From IMG/VR virus record IMGVR_UViG_3300049218_000313, positions 1-51,160 of that record: a stretch of 51,160 nucleotides of DNA. One strand, given 5' to 3'. A model generated the notes under the pieces. That model worked only from the letters and a program-made list of their open reading frames with translations, was not told the origin of the DNA and searched no databases. Position numbers and translations under genes: made by a program. Positions 1 to 8,166 of the stretch are shown here, piece after piece (positions within the stretch are counted from its first letter, which is position 1; every line of letters begins with the position of its first letter). Origin of the DNA: a virus.

Positions 1-1
1 G

Positions 2-1012
2 CTCGGCCGAGGCGGCCTCGAGAAGCGTGCCACGCAGCTGCTGGAAGGCCATGCGCATCGCGGCCGCGGTCTGCTGCTGTTGAAGCACCTGATCCTGCGC
101 AGCCATCGCCTTCGCCGTCGAGTCGGCGACCGTTGCCTGGATCTGCTGCATCTGCTGGTCGTGCATCGCCTGCGCCTGCTCGAGCTGCGCAGTCTGCTCC
201 TCCTTCGCCTGCAGCTCGGCCTGCGCCTCCTGCAGCTTCTGGCGCAAGAACGCGGCCTGGTTCTCCTGCCCCGCGGCCTCCGCAGCTTCCTCCTGAGCAA
301 GGTACTCCTGCATCGCGGGGTCGATGGCCGGCTCGATGGGCTGGCCCGGCTTAGGTGCAGGGGCGGCGTTCGAAGGGGCAGGCTCCTGCTGCTCCATGGA
401 GCTCGAGAGCCCGCCGTCGAGCAGGGCGAGCTTGAAGGCGGCAGCGGCCTTCTCGTGCGCGTGCCGGTCGAGAGCAGCACCGGCACCGCGACCAGCCTTG
501 CCCCCCATGTGCTGGCCGAGGGCGACGCCGCCGAGCGTGGCCATCGGGTTGCCCTTGCCGTAGCGGTGCATTGCAGCGCCACCCGCAAGCGCACCGAGGG
601 TGCGTCCCACGGCGTCACCCGTGCGCTCCTTACCGTGCGCCTTGTCCTTCTCGAACTCTGCGCTGATGGAGGCCTTCGCGCGCTCCTTGCCCGTGTCCTC
701 GGGGCTCTTGTACGAGGCCGCCATCTTCGCGCCCGTCTGCATCCCCTGCGCAGTGGGAGGCAGGGGTGGGGGCGGAGTGGCTTGCATGTTCTGACCACGG
801 CCCGTGGGAGGCAACATGCCGGGAGAGGGGGGCATGGCGCCACCGGCGCCCATCGCGACCTTGAGCGCGGTACGGTCGTCCTCGGTCAGGTCGGCGAACG
901 CCGCCTCGAGGTCGGCGACCGTGGCCGCCTTGTCCTTGCCGCGCACGCGGAGGAAGAAGTCCGCAGCCTCTTCGAGCGGGATGCCGTTGAGCAGACTGGT
1001 CTCGAAGTCCAT
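2..1012 (-). CDS. Virion/inner-head protein, partial (runs off the left edge; not in the ORF track)
   Basis: Hand translation from ATG at 1012: MDFETSLLNGIPLEEAADFFLRVRGKDKAATVADLE..., then a Pro-rich linker, a Gly-zipper (GRTLGALAGGAAMHRYGKGNPMATLGGVALGQHMGG) and a Gln/Glu-rich coiled coil. It has several KxA sites, no stop before the window edge, and starts 3 nt after the upstream stop. Confidence 0.8.
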   Translation of the reverse strand, partial: MDFETSLLNGIPLEEAADFFLRVRGKDKAATVADLEAAFADLTEDDRTALKVAMGAGGAMPPSPGMLPPTGRGQNMQATPPPPLPPTAQGMQTGAKMAASYKSPEDTGKERAKASISAEFEKDKAHGKERTGDAVGRTLGALAGGAAMHRYGKGNPMATLGGVALGQHMGGKAGRGAGAALDRHAHEKAAAAFKLALLDGGLSSSMEQQEPAPSNAAPAPKPGQPIEPAIDPAMQEYLAQEEAAEAAGQENQAAFLRQKLQEAQAELQAKEEQTAQLEQAQAMHDQQMQQIQATVADSTAKAMAAQDQVLQQQQTAAAMRMAFQQLRGTLLEAASAE

Positions 1013-1015
1013 CCC

Positions 1016-1552
1016 TCACTCCCAGGTGTATACGTTGTGCATGTTGTCGTTACCCGAGTACGCCCAGGTCCAGCAGGGCGCCGTGGCGCTGACGACCGCC
1101 GGCTTGTAGATCTTGCCGACCATGGCGTTGTTGTCGTCGAGACCGAGCAGCGAGTTGGCCGTGCCCGCCGCAGAGATGGTCACACCCGACGCAGGGGTGG
1201 CCTCGATGAAGAGCAGGTTCTGCTCGGGGGTGAGCAGCACCTTCACCGCGGGGATGGCTGCTTCCACCTGCGCCGCGATGTCCTTGTAGAACAACGTGTA
1301 GGGGTCGGGGTTGGTACCCGGCGGCACCGCAGTGCCGGAGCCGATGTTAGACTTCACGAAGGTGACAGTCACCGCTGAGGGGCTGGTGAAGATGAGCGTC
1401 GTGCCGACGAGGCCTGCGATGCCCACCATGTTGCCCGCAGGCACGCTGCCCCCGGAGGTGCCCTTGTTGATCGAGCCGCCGACGACACCGCCGTTGAGGA
1501 AGTTCAGGGCGTCCTCGATGCGACGGAACTTGTAGAGCTTGTTGGCAGACAT
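1016..1552 (-). CDS. Putative virion structural protein (178 aa)
   Basis: Clean ORF in the minus-strand structural operon, rich in Gly/Thr/Val with beta-strand-like segments; function inferred from context only. Confidence 0.7.
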   Translation of the reverse strand: MSANKLYKFRRIEDALNFLNGGVVGGSINKGTSGGSVPAGNMVGIAGLVGTTLIFTSPSAVTVTFVKSNIGSGTAVPPGTNPDPYTLFYKDIAAQVEAAIPAVKVLLTPEQNLLFIEATPASGVTISAAGTANSLLGLDDNNAMVGKIYKPAVVSATAPCWTWAYSGNDNMHNVYTWE

Positions 1553-1572
1553 CTTGATCTCGCTCGGGGGCT

Positions 1573-1607
1573 AAAAAAGTAGACTGGGGCTCGCGGCCCC
1601 AGTCTAC
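1573..1607 (-). terminator. Rho-independent terminator after the HNH gene
   Basis: Perfect 12-bp stem GTAGACTGGGGC/GCCCCAGTCTAC with a 5-nt loop, followed by T6 on the minus strand. Confidence 0.85.
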
Positions 1608-1611
1608 CAGC

Positions 1612-2301
1612 TCAGTGCTGGCTGGCAGAAGCCAGCGGCACCGGAATGACGTTGTGTGATCCACAATCGGCGCACTGAAGTGCTGCGCCCTTGCCGTGAT
1701 TGCCGCGACGCAGCTGCAAGTTCGAGATGTCGTTGTTCTGACGGTCCTTGTCGTTCACGTGGTGGACGGTCTCGTCCTCGGTGAGAAGACGCCCGAGATG
1801 CTTGGCCGTCACGAGGCGGTGCTCGAGGCAGTAGCGCGCGTCGGTCGTCTTGATCTGCGCCATCGGATAGAACGGGTCGTCGGGGCGCACAAGGACGAGG
1901 ACGTAGCCACCGTCAGTGACGACGCGGCCGCCCTTCCAGGCATAGTGCTCTTCGCCCTGCTGGAAGCCCTTCGGTCTGAGCGTAACACCATGCTCTTTCA
2001 GGAACCGCCGGATCGTCGAAGAACTCACGCCGAACTCCGCAGCCAGCGGCTCTGTCGCAGTGCCTTTCAGGTACCGGTGGATGATGTGGTCTCGCTGCGC
2101 ATCCGACGGCGTGAAGATAAAGTGGCTGCCGTCTCGTCGCCCCCTCTTCATGGGGATGCCGTGCCGGCGCAGCGCCTGCCTCACCATCCACGGCGACACA
2201 CCACCAAGAGTCTGCGCGATCTGTCCGGCGTTCATGGAAGTAGTCCGGTACAGGTCGACAGCACGTTGTTCCTTCTCCTCAGTCCAACCAGTCTTCAGCA
2301 T
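1612..2301 (-). CDS. Free-standing HNH homing endonuclease with N-terminal HTH repeats
   Basis: EHRLV..KHLGRLL..DETVHHVN..DRQNNDISNLQL HNH motif, a WKGG..GGYV upstream motif, two HTH-like segments (AGQIAQTLGGVSPWMVRQAL; LAAEFGVSSSTIRRFL) and a terminal CxxC. Confidence 0.85.
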   Translation of the reverse strand: MLKTGWTEEKEQRAVDLYRTTSMNAGQIAQTLGGVSPWMVRQALRRHGIPMKRGRRDGSHFIFTPSDAQRDHIIHRYLKGTATEPLAAEFGVSSSTIRRFLKEHGVTLRPKGFQQGEEHYAWKGGRVVTDGGYVLVLVRPDDPFYPMAQIKTTDARYCLEHRLVTAKHLGRLLTEDETVHHVNDKDRQNNDISNLQLRRGNHGKGAALQCADCGSHNVIPVPLASASQH

Positions 2302-2336
2302 GTAGTCCTCCTCGAGCGCCTTATGCCGCTAGGAGG

Positions 2337-2364
2337 AATATAGTACTACGTATGCATCTTTCAA
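2337..2364 (-). promoter_or_regulatory. Sigma70-like promoter for the HNH gene
   Basis: The minus strand reads TTGAAA-N16-TATATT in an AT-rich gap, followed by GGCATAAGG and an SD (GAGGAG) before ATG 2301. Confidence 0.5.
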
Positions 2365-2858
2365 TAGCTAGCGTAGGTCGAGTTCACGGCCCAGAGCTCG
2401 CTGTGTATCCCGCTGTTCGACGGGCCCAGGATGCCCTGGATGTTGATGGCCACCTTGACCCTCTGCTTCATCTGCTCAGTGAACGACTTGTAGTACTGCA
2501 GCCAGTTCATGAGCAACGGCGTCTTGTCGTTCACCCCGACGTTGATGCCGCCGTTGGAGTAGTTGATGTGGTTGCGCGTCTGCAACAGGCCAACGGACTC
2601 GATGAGCGAGATGGTCGTCATGCGCAGTATCAGGGCGTGCTGGTTGAGCTGCAGCAGGTCCTCGAGCGACAGCGACGTGAAGTGGGGCGTGCCGTTGAAG
2701 TCACTGAGTGCGTCGTAGACGGCCCAGGCCACCTGCCTGTCGCTCGACTCCTCTCCGGCCACGATGCGATTGAGCTCGGGGAAGTCCCGGTGGTAGAGCC
2801 GGACCATCTGGACGAAGTCCTTGAAGCACCGGCTCATGTGAGGGATGCCCTGCAGCAT
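2361..2858 (-). CDS. Putative head-tail connector/neck protein (165 aa)
   Basis: Helical ~165-aa ORF three genes downstream of the MCP; assignment by size and synteny only. Confidence 0.45.
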   Translation of the reverse strand: MLQGIPHMSRCFKDFVQMVRLYHRDFPELNRIVAGEESSDRQVAWAVYDALSDFNGTPHFTSLSLEDLLQLNQHALILRMTTISLIESVGLLQTRNHINYSNGGINVGVNDKTPLLMNWLQYYKSFTEQMKQRVKVAINIQGILGPSNSGIHSELWAVNSTYASY

Positions 2859-2861
2859 GGC

Positions 2862-3113
2862 TCACCCTCCTGCGACCCGCGGGGCCTTGGCCTTCGCCAC
2901 GACGTAGGACGCCGGTGGCTGCTCCCCGACGGCGAGCGCGCCGAGCGTGACGAGCTCCTGGATGCCCTTGCGCATGCGTTCCATGCGATCTGGGTTCACC
3001 ACGACGCTCGTGCCGGGGGCAACGAGGTGCTTGCCCAGCACGAACGTGTGACGAACCAGACCGCGCTGCCTGAGCGCGGCTGTTTCCACATCCGTGAGGT
3101 TGAAGACCTTCAT
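2862..3113 (-). CDS. Hypothetical protein (83 aa)
   Basis: ATGA overlap with the upstream gene, indicating translational coupling. Confidence 0.7.
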   Translation of the reverse strand: MKVFNLTDVETAALRQRGLVRHTFVLGKHLVAPGTSVVVNPDRMERMRKGIQELVTLGALAVGEQPPASYVVAKAKAPRVAGG

Positions 3114-3712
3114 CGACGGCTCTTCTTGCTGCCCTTCCCAGAGGATGCCGCCTCGGGTGCGACAGGAGCAGGGGGCTCGTCGTCGGCAGCCGCATCGGCC
3201 ATGGCCGCGTCGACCGCAGCGTCCACGTCCACGACAGGCGCGGCGTCCACCACAGCCTCTGCAGCGGCAGCAGCCGCCGCGTGACCGGCGTCGTAGGCGC
3301 GCTCGTTGAGCAGCGCGGGCTTCTGACCAGGGGGCAGGACCTGCGGCATCGCCTCGTCGTCGCCGACGTAGGGCGGGATGTACTGACCCGTGGGGGTGTC
3401 GTACTTCACCGAATCGAGGCGCTTGTTGATGAGGGGGACCTTCGGCGCCATGGGTCCGGGCTCCATGGTCATCAGGTCGACGACGCGCCCGTCAGGGGTG
3501 CGAACCTCGAGCACCTTGTCGGCAGACTTCTGACGCAGCTCAAGCAGGTTGCGCGTCACGAAGGTCTCGTCGACGAGCAGGCGCGCGCCGGGCACCAGCC
3601 TGGCCTGCGCATTGCCGACGTACTGCTTGCGCTTGAGCGCCGCCGGCAGAGTCGCACGGTGCGTGCGGTGGTGGACACTGCGGACAACGCTGTGGATTAC
3701 GTACTGGGTCAT
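3110..3712 (-). CDS. Hypothetical virion-associated protein (200 aa, acidic Ala-rich C-terminus with basic tail)
   Basis: SD GGAGG upstream; lies immediately downstream of the MCP. Confidence 0.7.
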   Translation of the reverse strand: MTQYVIHSVVRSVHHRTHRATLPAALKRKQYVGNAQARLVPGARLLVDETFVTRNLLELRQKSADKVLEVRTPDGRVVDLMTMEPGPMAPKVPLINKRLDSVKYDTPTGQYIPPYVGDDEAMPQVLPPGQKPALLNERAYDAGHAAAAAAAEAVVDAAPVVDVDAAVDAAMADAAADDEPPAPVAPEAASSGKGSKKSRR

Positions 3713-3729
3713 CGCGGGCCTCCAAACGC

Positions 3730-3786
3730 CATGGGCGCCGGCACCAGACCGGCACCGACGCCCATGTACTCTCGCAGACGCGAGAG
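3730..3786 (-). promoter_or_regulatory. Tandem stem-loops in the MCP 3' UTR
   Basis: On the mRNA: CUCUCGC-GUCU-GCGAGAG, then CAUGGGCGUCGGUGCC-GGUCU-GGUGCCGGCGCCCAUG. The G-U pairs form only on the minus strand. Confidence 0.65.
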
Positions 3787-3793
3787 CGGGTGA

Positions 3794-4918
3794 CTAGAAC
3801 TGCGTGATCTGCGGGAACTGCAGGCCGTTGTCGACCTGGTTGTTCGGCTGACCCAGCGAATCCTCGGAGAGGGCCACGAAGTTCGCGATGAGCCCGTCGG
3901 CGTTCGTCGTCGGGTTCGCGTCGGCCGAGTAGAGCTCGAGCTTGCGCACCGCCGCGATGTTGATGACCGCCATCGCGATGTCCTCCCAGGCCTGGAAGGT
4001 GATGACGTTGGCGATCTTGTCGATGTAGAACTTGGTGTTGTTCAGGACGTAGAACTTCCCGAAGAACTCCGGCTTCGTGAAGACGTAGACGTTCCCCGGG
4101 CGCAGGATGTCCGTCTTCACCGTGCGGATGTACGAACGCCCGAAGAGGGTGTTGTACTTGTACCCGTCGACCGCCGTCTCGCTCTGGAGACGATCGCCGA
4201 AGTCCTCGAGAGTCCACTGAAGGATGTCGTCCCAGTCGACCTCCGTCATCAGCAGGCGCTCCGAACGCAGGCGGTTGCCGTCCAGGAGCTTTAACAGGTT
4301 GATGACGTCCGGGCGCTGGATGGGGCGCACGGTCGCATCGTTGGTCGTCGCGGTGCGCGCGAGCTCGCCCTTGCGGACGGCGAACTCGACGACGCCGGTG
4401 CCCTGGATCTGGCTCGCGTTCAGCGGGGTCGCGGTGCCGCCGTTGGCCTGCAGCTGCAGGGCCTGGACGGCCGCCTCGACGTTGACCGTGAACTCGCGGT
4501 CCTCGACCTCCTGGATGTCCTTCACCGAGTTCTCCTCGATGATCTTCGTGATGGGCATCTCGTAGGCGAGGAGCTCCTGCTCCGTCTTCTGGAAGATCTC
4601 CGAGCTGACGGTGTAGAAGCCGACTTCTGCCTTGGGGCCGCGGATGAAGCGGGCCGTGGGGCTGCCGCGGAACGTCATGGTGAGCGCGCGGGACTGCGGC
4701 TCGACGTCCACGATCTTGACCAGGGTGTCGTGGTTGACCGAGCGCTGGCAATCGCTGCGGGTCACCTGCTCGGGGGGGATCACCTTGCGCGCGTAGGAAA
4801 CCTCGCGCAGGCGGTCGCGGATGTACGAGCCACCGTACTCCGCCATCTTCTCTTTGCCCTCGGACGACCCGAGCTTCTGCGTGAACAGCTCGTTGAGGAC
4901 GCGTGCCGGAACGGACAT
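3794..4918 (-). CDS. Major capsid protein (probable HK97 fold, 374 aa)
   Basis: Size, strong SD (GAGGAG), strongly biased codons and canonical order protease > scaffold > small head proteins > this gene > 3' hairpins. It has N-terminal KLG/KMA sites. Confidence 0.75.
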   Translation of the reverse strand: MSVPARVLNELFTQKLGSSEGKEKMAEYGGSYIRDRLREVSYARKVIPPEQVTRSDCQRSVNHDTLVKIVDVEPQSRALTMTFRGSPTARFIRGPKAEVGFYTVSSEIFQKTEQELLAYEMPITKIIEENSVKDIQEVEDREFTVNVEAAVQALQLQANGGTATPLNASQIQGTGVVEFAVRKGELARTATTNDATVRPIQRPDVINLLKLLDGNRLRSERLLMTEVDWDDILQWTLEDFGDRLQSETAVDGYKYNTLFGRSYIRTVKTDILRPGNVYVFTKPEFFGKFYVLNNTKFYIDKIANVITFQAWEDIAMAVINIAAVRKLELYSADANPTTNADGLIANFVALSEDSLGQPNNQVDNGLQFPQITQF

Positions 4919-4947
4919 GGGATTCTCCTCTCTTCCTTTCGTTCCGG

Positions 4948-5502
4948 TTACGAGCGCCAGCCCGAGATGAACCGGAGCTGACCGCCGTTATTGGCGGGCA
5001 GACGTGTGACGTACCCGACGATGGGGTCGGTGTCGCCCGAGGTCAGAAGACCATGGCCGACCAGACCCGTGAAGTTGCGCCCGCCGAAGGTGATGGTTGC
5101 AACCTTGAGCGGCTGCATCACCGCGGTGATGGCTGCACCGCCGCCCGCGCCGACCGTGGCCGAAGCGTCGAAGATGCGGGTGTCGAACTCGTAGTCACCG
5201 CGCCACAGGAGCGGGACCTTGTGCCCCGAGAGGGACTGCACGTCGTAGCGGCCGCGCTCTGCAAAGAGCGGGAAGCTGCGAGGGGGGAAGGGCGCACCGA
5301 CCGGCGCGACGGCGCCGACCGTGGTGATGTCCGTGGCGCGAATCGTCTGGTAGCTTGAGTTGAGCGTCAGCCACTCGCCGTCGATCACGCAGATGGCGTT
5401 GAGCGGCTGGATCAGGGTGGGATCCGCCATGGCGAAGTCGCGGCGCTGCACCGGCAGGATGTCCGAGACAGGCGTGAAGTTGATCTTCTGCAGAGTAGAC
5501 AT
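4948..5502 (-). CDS. Putative capsid decoration/minor head protein (184 aa)
   Basis: Directly upstream of the MCP, strong SD, beta-rich composition; assignment by synteny. Confidence 0.55.
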   Translation of the reverse strand: MSTLQKINFTPVSDILPVQRRDFAMADPTLIQPLNAICVIDGEWLTLNSSYQTIRATDITTVGAVAPVGAPFPPRSFPLFAERGRYDVQSLSGHKVPLLWRGDYEFDTRIFDASATVGAGGGAAITAVMQPLKVATITFGGRNFTGLVGHGLLTSGDTDPIVGYVTRLPANNGGQLRFISGWRS

Positions 5503-5539
5503 GACTCAGATTCTCCTCGTAGGTCGTTGGTCGGAGCGG

Positions 5540-5911
5540 CTAGCCCACGCCCCCGACGATGTACCGCTCCAGGTCCGTCGACCCCCCGGAGCCCATCTCC
5601 GGGTTGTCGTTGGTCAGTTGTGCCAGCTTCGTGCCCATGTCGGGACCGACGAGGTCCACGGCATGTTCGACCGCGTCGAGCTTGCCCGCCTCGGCGGCCT
5701 TCTCGAGACGGTCGGCGAGAGCGTCGACGGTGGTGTCGAGCTCGAGGCCCTTGCGGTGCATCTCCGACGCGAGCTTCTCGACCCGGTCACGGCGCTCCCT
5801 CGACGCCAGCTTGTCCTGCAGATCGTTGATGGTCGCCTGCTGTGCGCGCAGGGTCGCAGAAGCGTCGGTGAGAACCTCCGCGATCTGCGCGTTGCTGATC
5901 TTGTTCATCAT
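5540..5911 (-). CDS. Small coiled-coil head/scaffold protein
   Basis: SD AAGGAG precedes ATG 5911 (MMNKISNAQ). Heptad-like coiled coil with KLA/KAA sites. Confidence 0.7.
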   Translation of the reverse strand: MMNKISNAQIAEVLTDASATLRAQQATINDLQDKLASRERRDRVEKLASEMHRKGLELDTTVDALADRLEKAAEAGKLDAVEHAVDLVGPDMGTKLAQLTNDNPEMGSGGSTDLERYIVGGVG

Positions 5912-5919
5912 CCGCTCCT

Positions 5920-7284
5920 TCACGCCCCGGCCGCGGCGGCCGCAGACTCTTTGCCCTCGGCGGCCTCGGCGAGCTTCGACAGAAGCACGCGGGCCGCAGC
6001 GGTCTTGACGCTCTCCGCGGGGGCCGCAGCGGAGGCGAACTTCGTCCCGGCCTTGCCCGTGTGATCGAACGCGACCTGCAGCACGCGGTCGTGCTCGGCG
6101 CTGAGGGCCGGCTCGTTGAAGTACTTCTTGAGCTCCTCACGGCGCGGGCCGTGGGTCTCGCTCTTCTTGGCGTCGATGGCCGCCTGGTTGGACTGCACGT
6201 GGGAGGTGGGACCCCGGGGAGGGCCACCGGCGGGGTTGCCACCGGGCTGCCCGGCCATGCTGGTCTCCGGGGGCACCGCGGGGCCGGCCGAGATGCGGGC
6301 CGGGTTGATGGCGTCCTCGGCCACCTTGGTGCGCGCGAGCAGGTAGTCCGCGAGCGACGAGGGGGCAGAGCCCTCCTTGTTCTCGGGCTCGGACTTGTGG
6401 GCCGCCTCCGCCTTGTCGAGGCCCTTCTTGGCCTCCTCCATGCCCTCGGTCTCCTTCTTCTCGTGCTCGTCGGCAGCGAGCTTCGAGCGGATGAGCGAGA
6501 CCACGCCGGCGCTGGCGTGCTTGCCGTTTACGATGTTCGGCGGCATCTTGCCCGCCACGCCTGCGGCCTGGGTGTTCTCCATCTGAGTCGCACCGTTCTC
6601 GGTGCTCAGGCCCTTCTGCTGGCTCGGGTGCATTGGCACGACGTTCACGCCCTGGCCCTTGTGGTCGGGCAGCGACTTTGAGGCGGTCGCGTGCGACACG
6701 CCCGGAGCGCTCGTCTGCAGGTGCTCGGTCAGGCCGTAGGGGCCGGCCATGCTCGCGGCTTGCTTGAGCAGCTCGGCGCAGAAGTCGCACGCGCTGGCCA
6801 GCTTCTCGACATGCTCACTCTCGGGAGCCGACGCCATCTTGTCGCCGCACGCGCACTTCTCCTTACCGCACTTCTTGCACATCTTCCCCTCGGCGACCTT
6901 CTCGCTCTGGAGGTAGGCCTCCTCCGTGATGCGCACCCGCGCCGCGGAATCCACCATCGCGGCCTTCAACAGGTCCTGCAGCATCGGACGTCCAGCCATC
7001 TTTCCCATGAGATTCTCTCCTGCAACGGAAGCGCGTTTGGGCAGCATCTCAGCGCCCCGAGGGGCCATCGACTTCTGATCGGCGGACCCCGCATCGGCCT
7101 GCAGAGGAGCGCCCGTGTTCACTCGCGCGTAGTTGGTCCTGCCGGCCATACCTCTCGGCCCCCGTAGACCCGGCGCCATGGCCGGCTCGATACTGGGGGC
7201 TGGGAGCGGGGCAGCCGCGGTCGCACCCGTGGAAGAGGACAGCGGGGTCTCCGCTGCCGACTTCGAGAACAGGTGCGTGCTCAC
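5920..7284 (-). CDS. Scaffold/inner-head protein, low complexity and KxA-rich; possible internal in-frame start at 7008
   Basis: GTG start with a GGGAGA SD. A second strong SD (AGGAGAGAATCTC-ATG) lies at 7008. About 14 KxA/KxG sites and a CxxC..CxC mini-segment. Confidence 0.7.
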   Translation of the reverse strand: MSTHLFSKSAAETPLSSSTGATAAAPLPAPSIEPAMAPGLRGPRGMAGRTNYARVNTGAPLQADAGSADQKSMAPRGAEMLPKRASVAGENLMGKMAGRPMLQDLLKAAMVDSAARVRITEEAYLQSEKVAEGKMCKKCGKEKCACGDKMASAPESEHVEKLASACDFCAELLKQAASMAGPYGLTEHLQTSAPGVSHATASKSLPDHKGQGVNVVPMHPSQQKGLSTENGATQMENTQAAGVAGKMPPNIVNGKHASAGVVSLIRSKLAADEHEKKETEGMEEAKKGLDKAEAAHKSEPENKEGSAPSSLADYLLARTKVAEDAINPARISAGPAVPPETSMAGQPGGNPAGGPPRGPTSHVQSNQAAIDAKKSETHGPRREELKKYFNEPALSAEHDRVLQVAFDHTGKAGTKFASAAAPAESVKTAAARVLLSKLAEAAEGKESAAAAAGA

Positions 7285-7308
7285 GACTGCCCATCTCCCT
7301 TCACCGTC

Positions 7309-8163
7309 CTACTGGGCCCACTGGACCGGGTAGCCCACGCGCTCGAGCAACTCGAGGGCGCGGATCTCCACGGCCGTACCGACGTCGGGGGCCGACGCCA
7401 CCTTGGTGCTCTCCTCGACGAGGTTGAGCGTGAAGGCCGCGGCGATCTTGTTCGCGGCCTCCTCGGCATCGAAGCCGCCGTCGGCTGCGATCTTCTGCGC
7501 GCGCTCGAACGCGAGCTCGTCGATGGCCGAAGACGCCTTCTCCTTGTTGTGGTGGTGGACCGCAGCGGCCGCACCCGCGCCCACGGCGCCGGCACCGGCG
7601 GCATGCGCCGCACCACCGATGAGCTTGGCGGTGCCCTTGTGCATCGCCTTCTCCTCGTCGTGCGTACGGCCGACCGCCTTGACGACGCCCTTGCCCGTGC
7701 GCTCGAGGTGCTTGGCGAGCGCCTCGGGCATGCCCGCGGTCTTCTCGCCCTCGGGAGCCGTCGCCTGGGCGGCGATCTTGCGCATCTCCTGGACGTAGGA
7801 GTGAGCCATGACACGGCCCAGGAAGTCGGCCTCGGCCACCTTCTCGGCAGCGGCCTTCTTCTCCTCGTGCTCCTTCTTGGCCTCCTCGTGCTTCTTCTTC
7901 TCTTCGTCCTCCTCGTCGTCCTCGGAGGCGACCTTGGTGCCGCCGCCCTCGGCAGCCGGGGCAGCAGCGGCAGCGGTCTTGGAGACCCAGCTGTCGTACA
8001 GCTCCTGCACCTTGGTGTCGGGCATCGACTTGAGGTCGATGTTCGACTCGGAGGCGAGCTTGAGGAAGAGCTCCACGGAGGCCTGCTTCTCGAGGTCCTC
8101 CTGGGGGGCAGAGGCGGTCTTGTTGGTGCCGTAGTACTCGGCGAGGAATGCGTCCATGGCCAT
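7309..8163 (-). CDS. Scaffold/inner-head protein (284 aa), KxA-rich
   Basis: Directly downstream of the protease. Acidic and helical, with about 11 KxA sites and an internal Gly/Ala-rich cassette. Confidence 0.7.
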   Translation of the reverse strand: MAMDAFLAEYYGTNKTASAPQEDLEKQASVELFLKLASESNIDLKSMPDTKVQELYDSWVSKTAAAAAPAAEGGGTKVASEDDEEDEEKKKHEEAKKEHEEKKAAAEKVAEADFLGRVMAHSYVQEMRKIAAQATAPEGEKTAGMPEALAKHLERTGKGVVKAVGRTHDEEKAMHKGTAKLIGGAAHAAGAGAVGAGAAAAVHHHNKEKASSAIDELAFERAQKIAADGGFDAEEAANKIAAAFTLNLVEESTKVASAPDVGTAVEIRALELLERVGYPVQWAQ

Positions 8164-8166
8164 GGT

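Noticed and set aside
80-1378. Long plus-strand ORF (432 aa) and similar long antisense ORFs (for example 24222-25871, 37223-38929, 19253-20401)
   Set aside because: These are shadow frames of GC3-biased genes on the opposite strand, rich in Leu/Arg/Gly/Val, with no motifs or SD.
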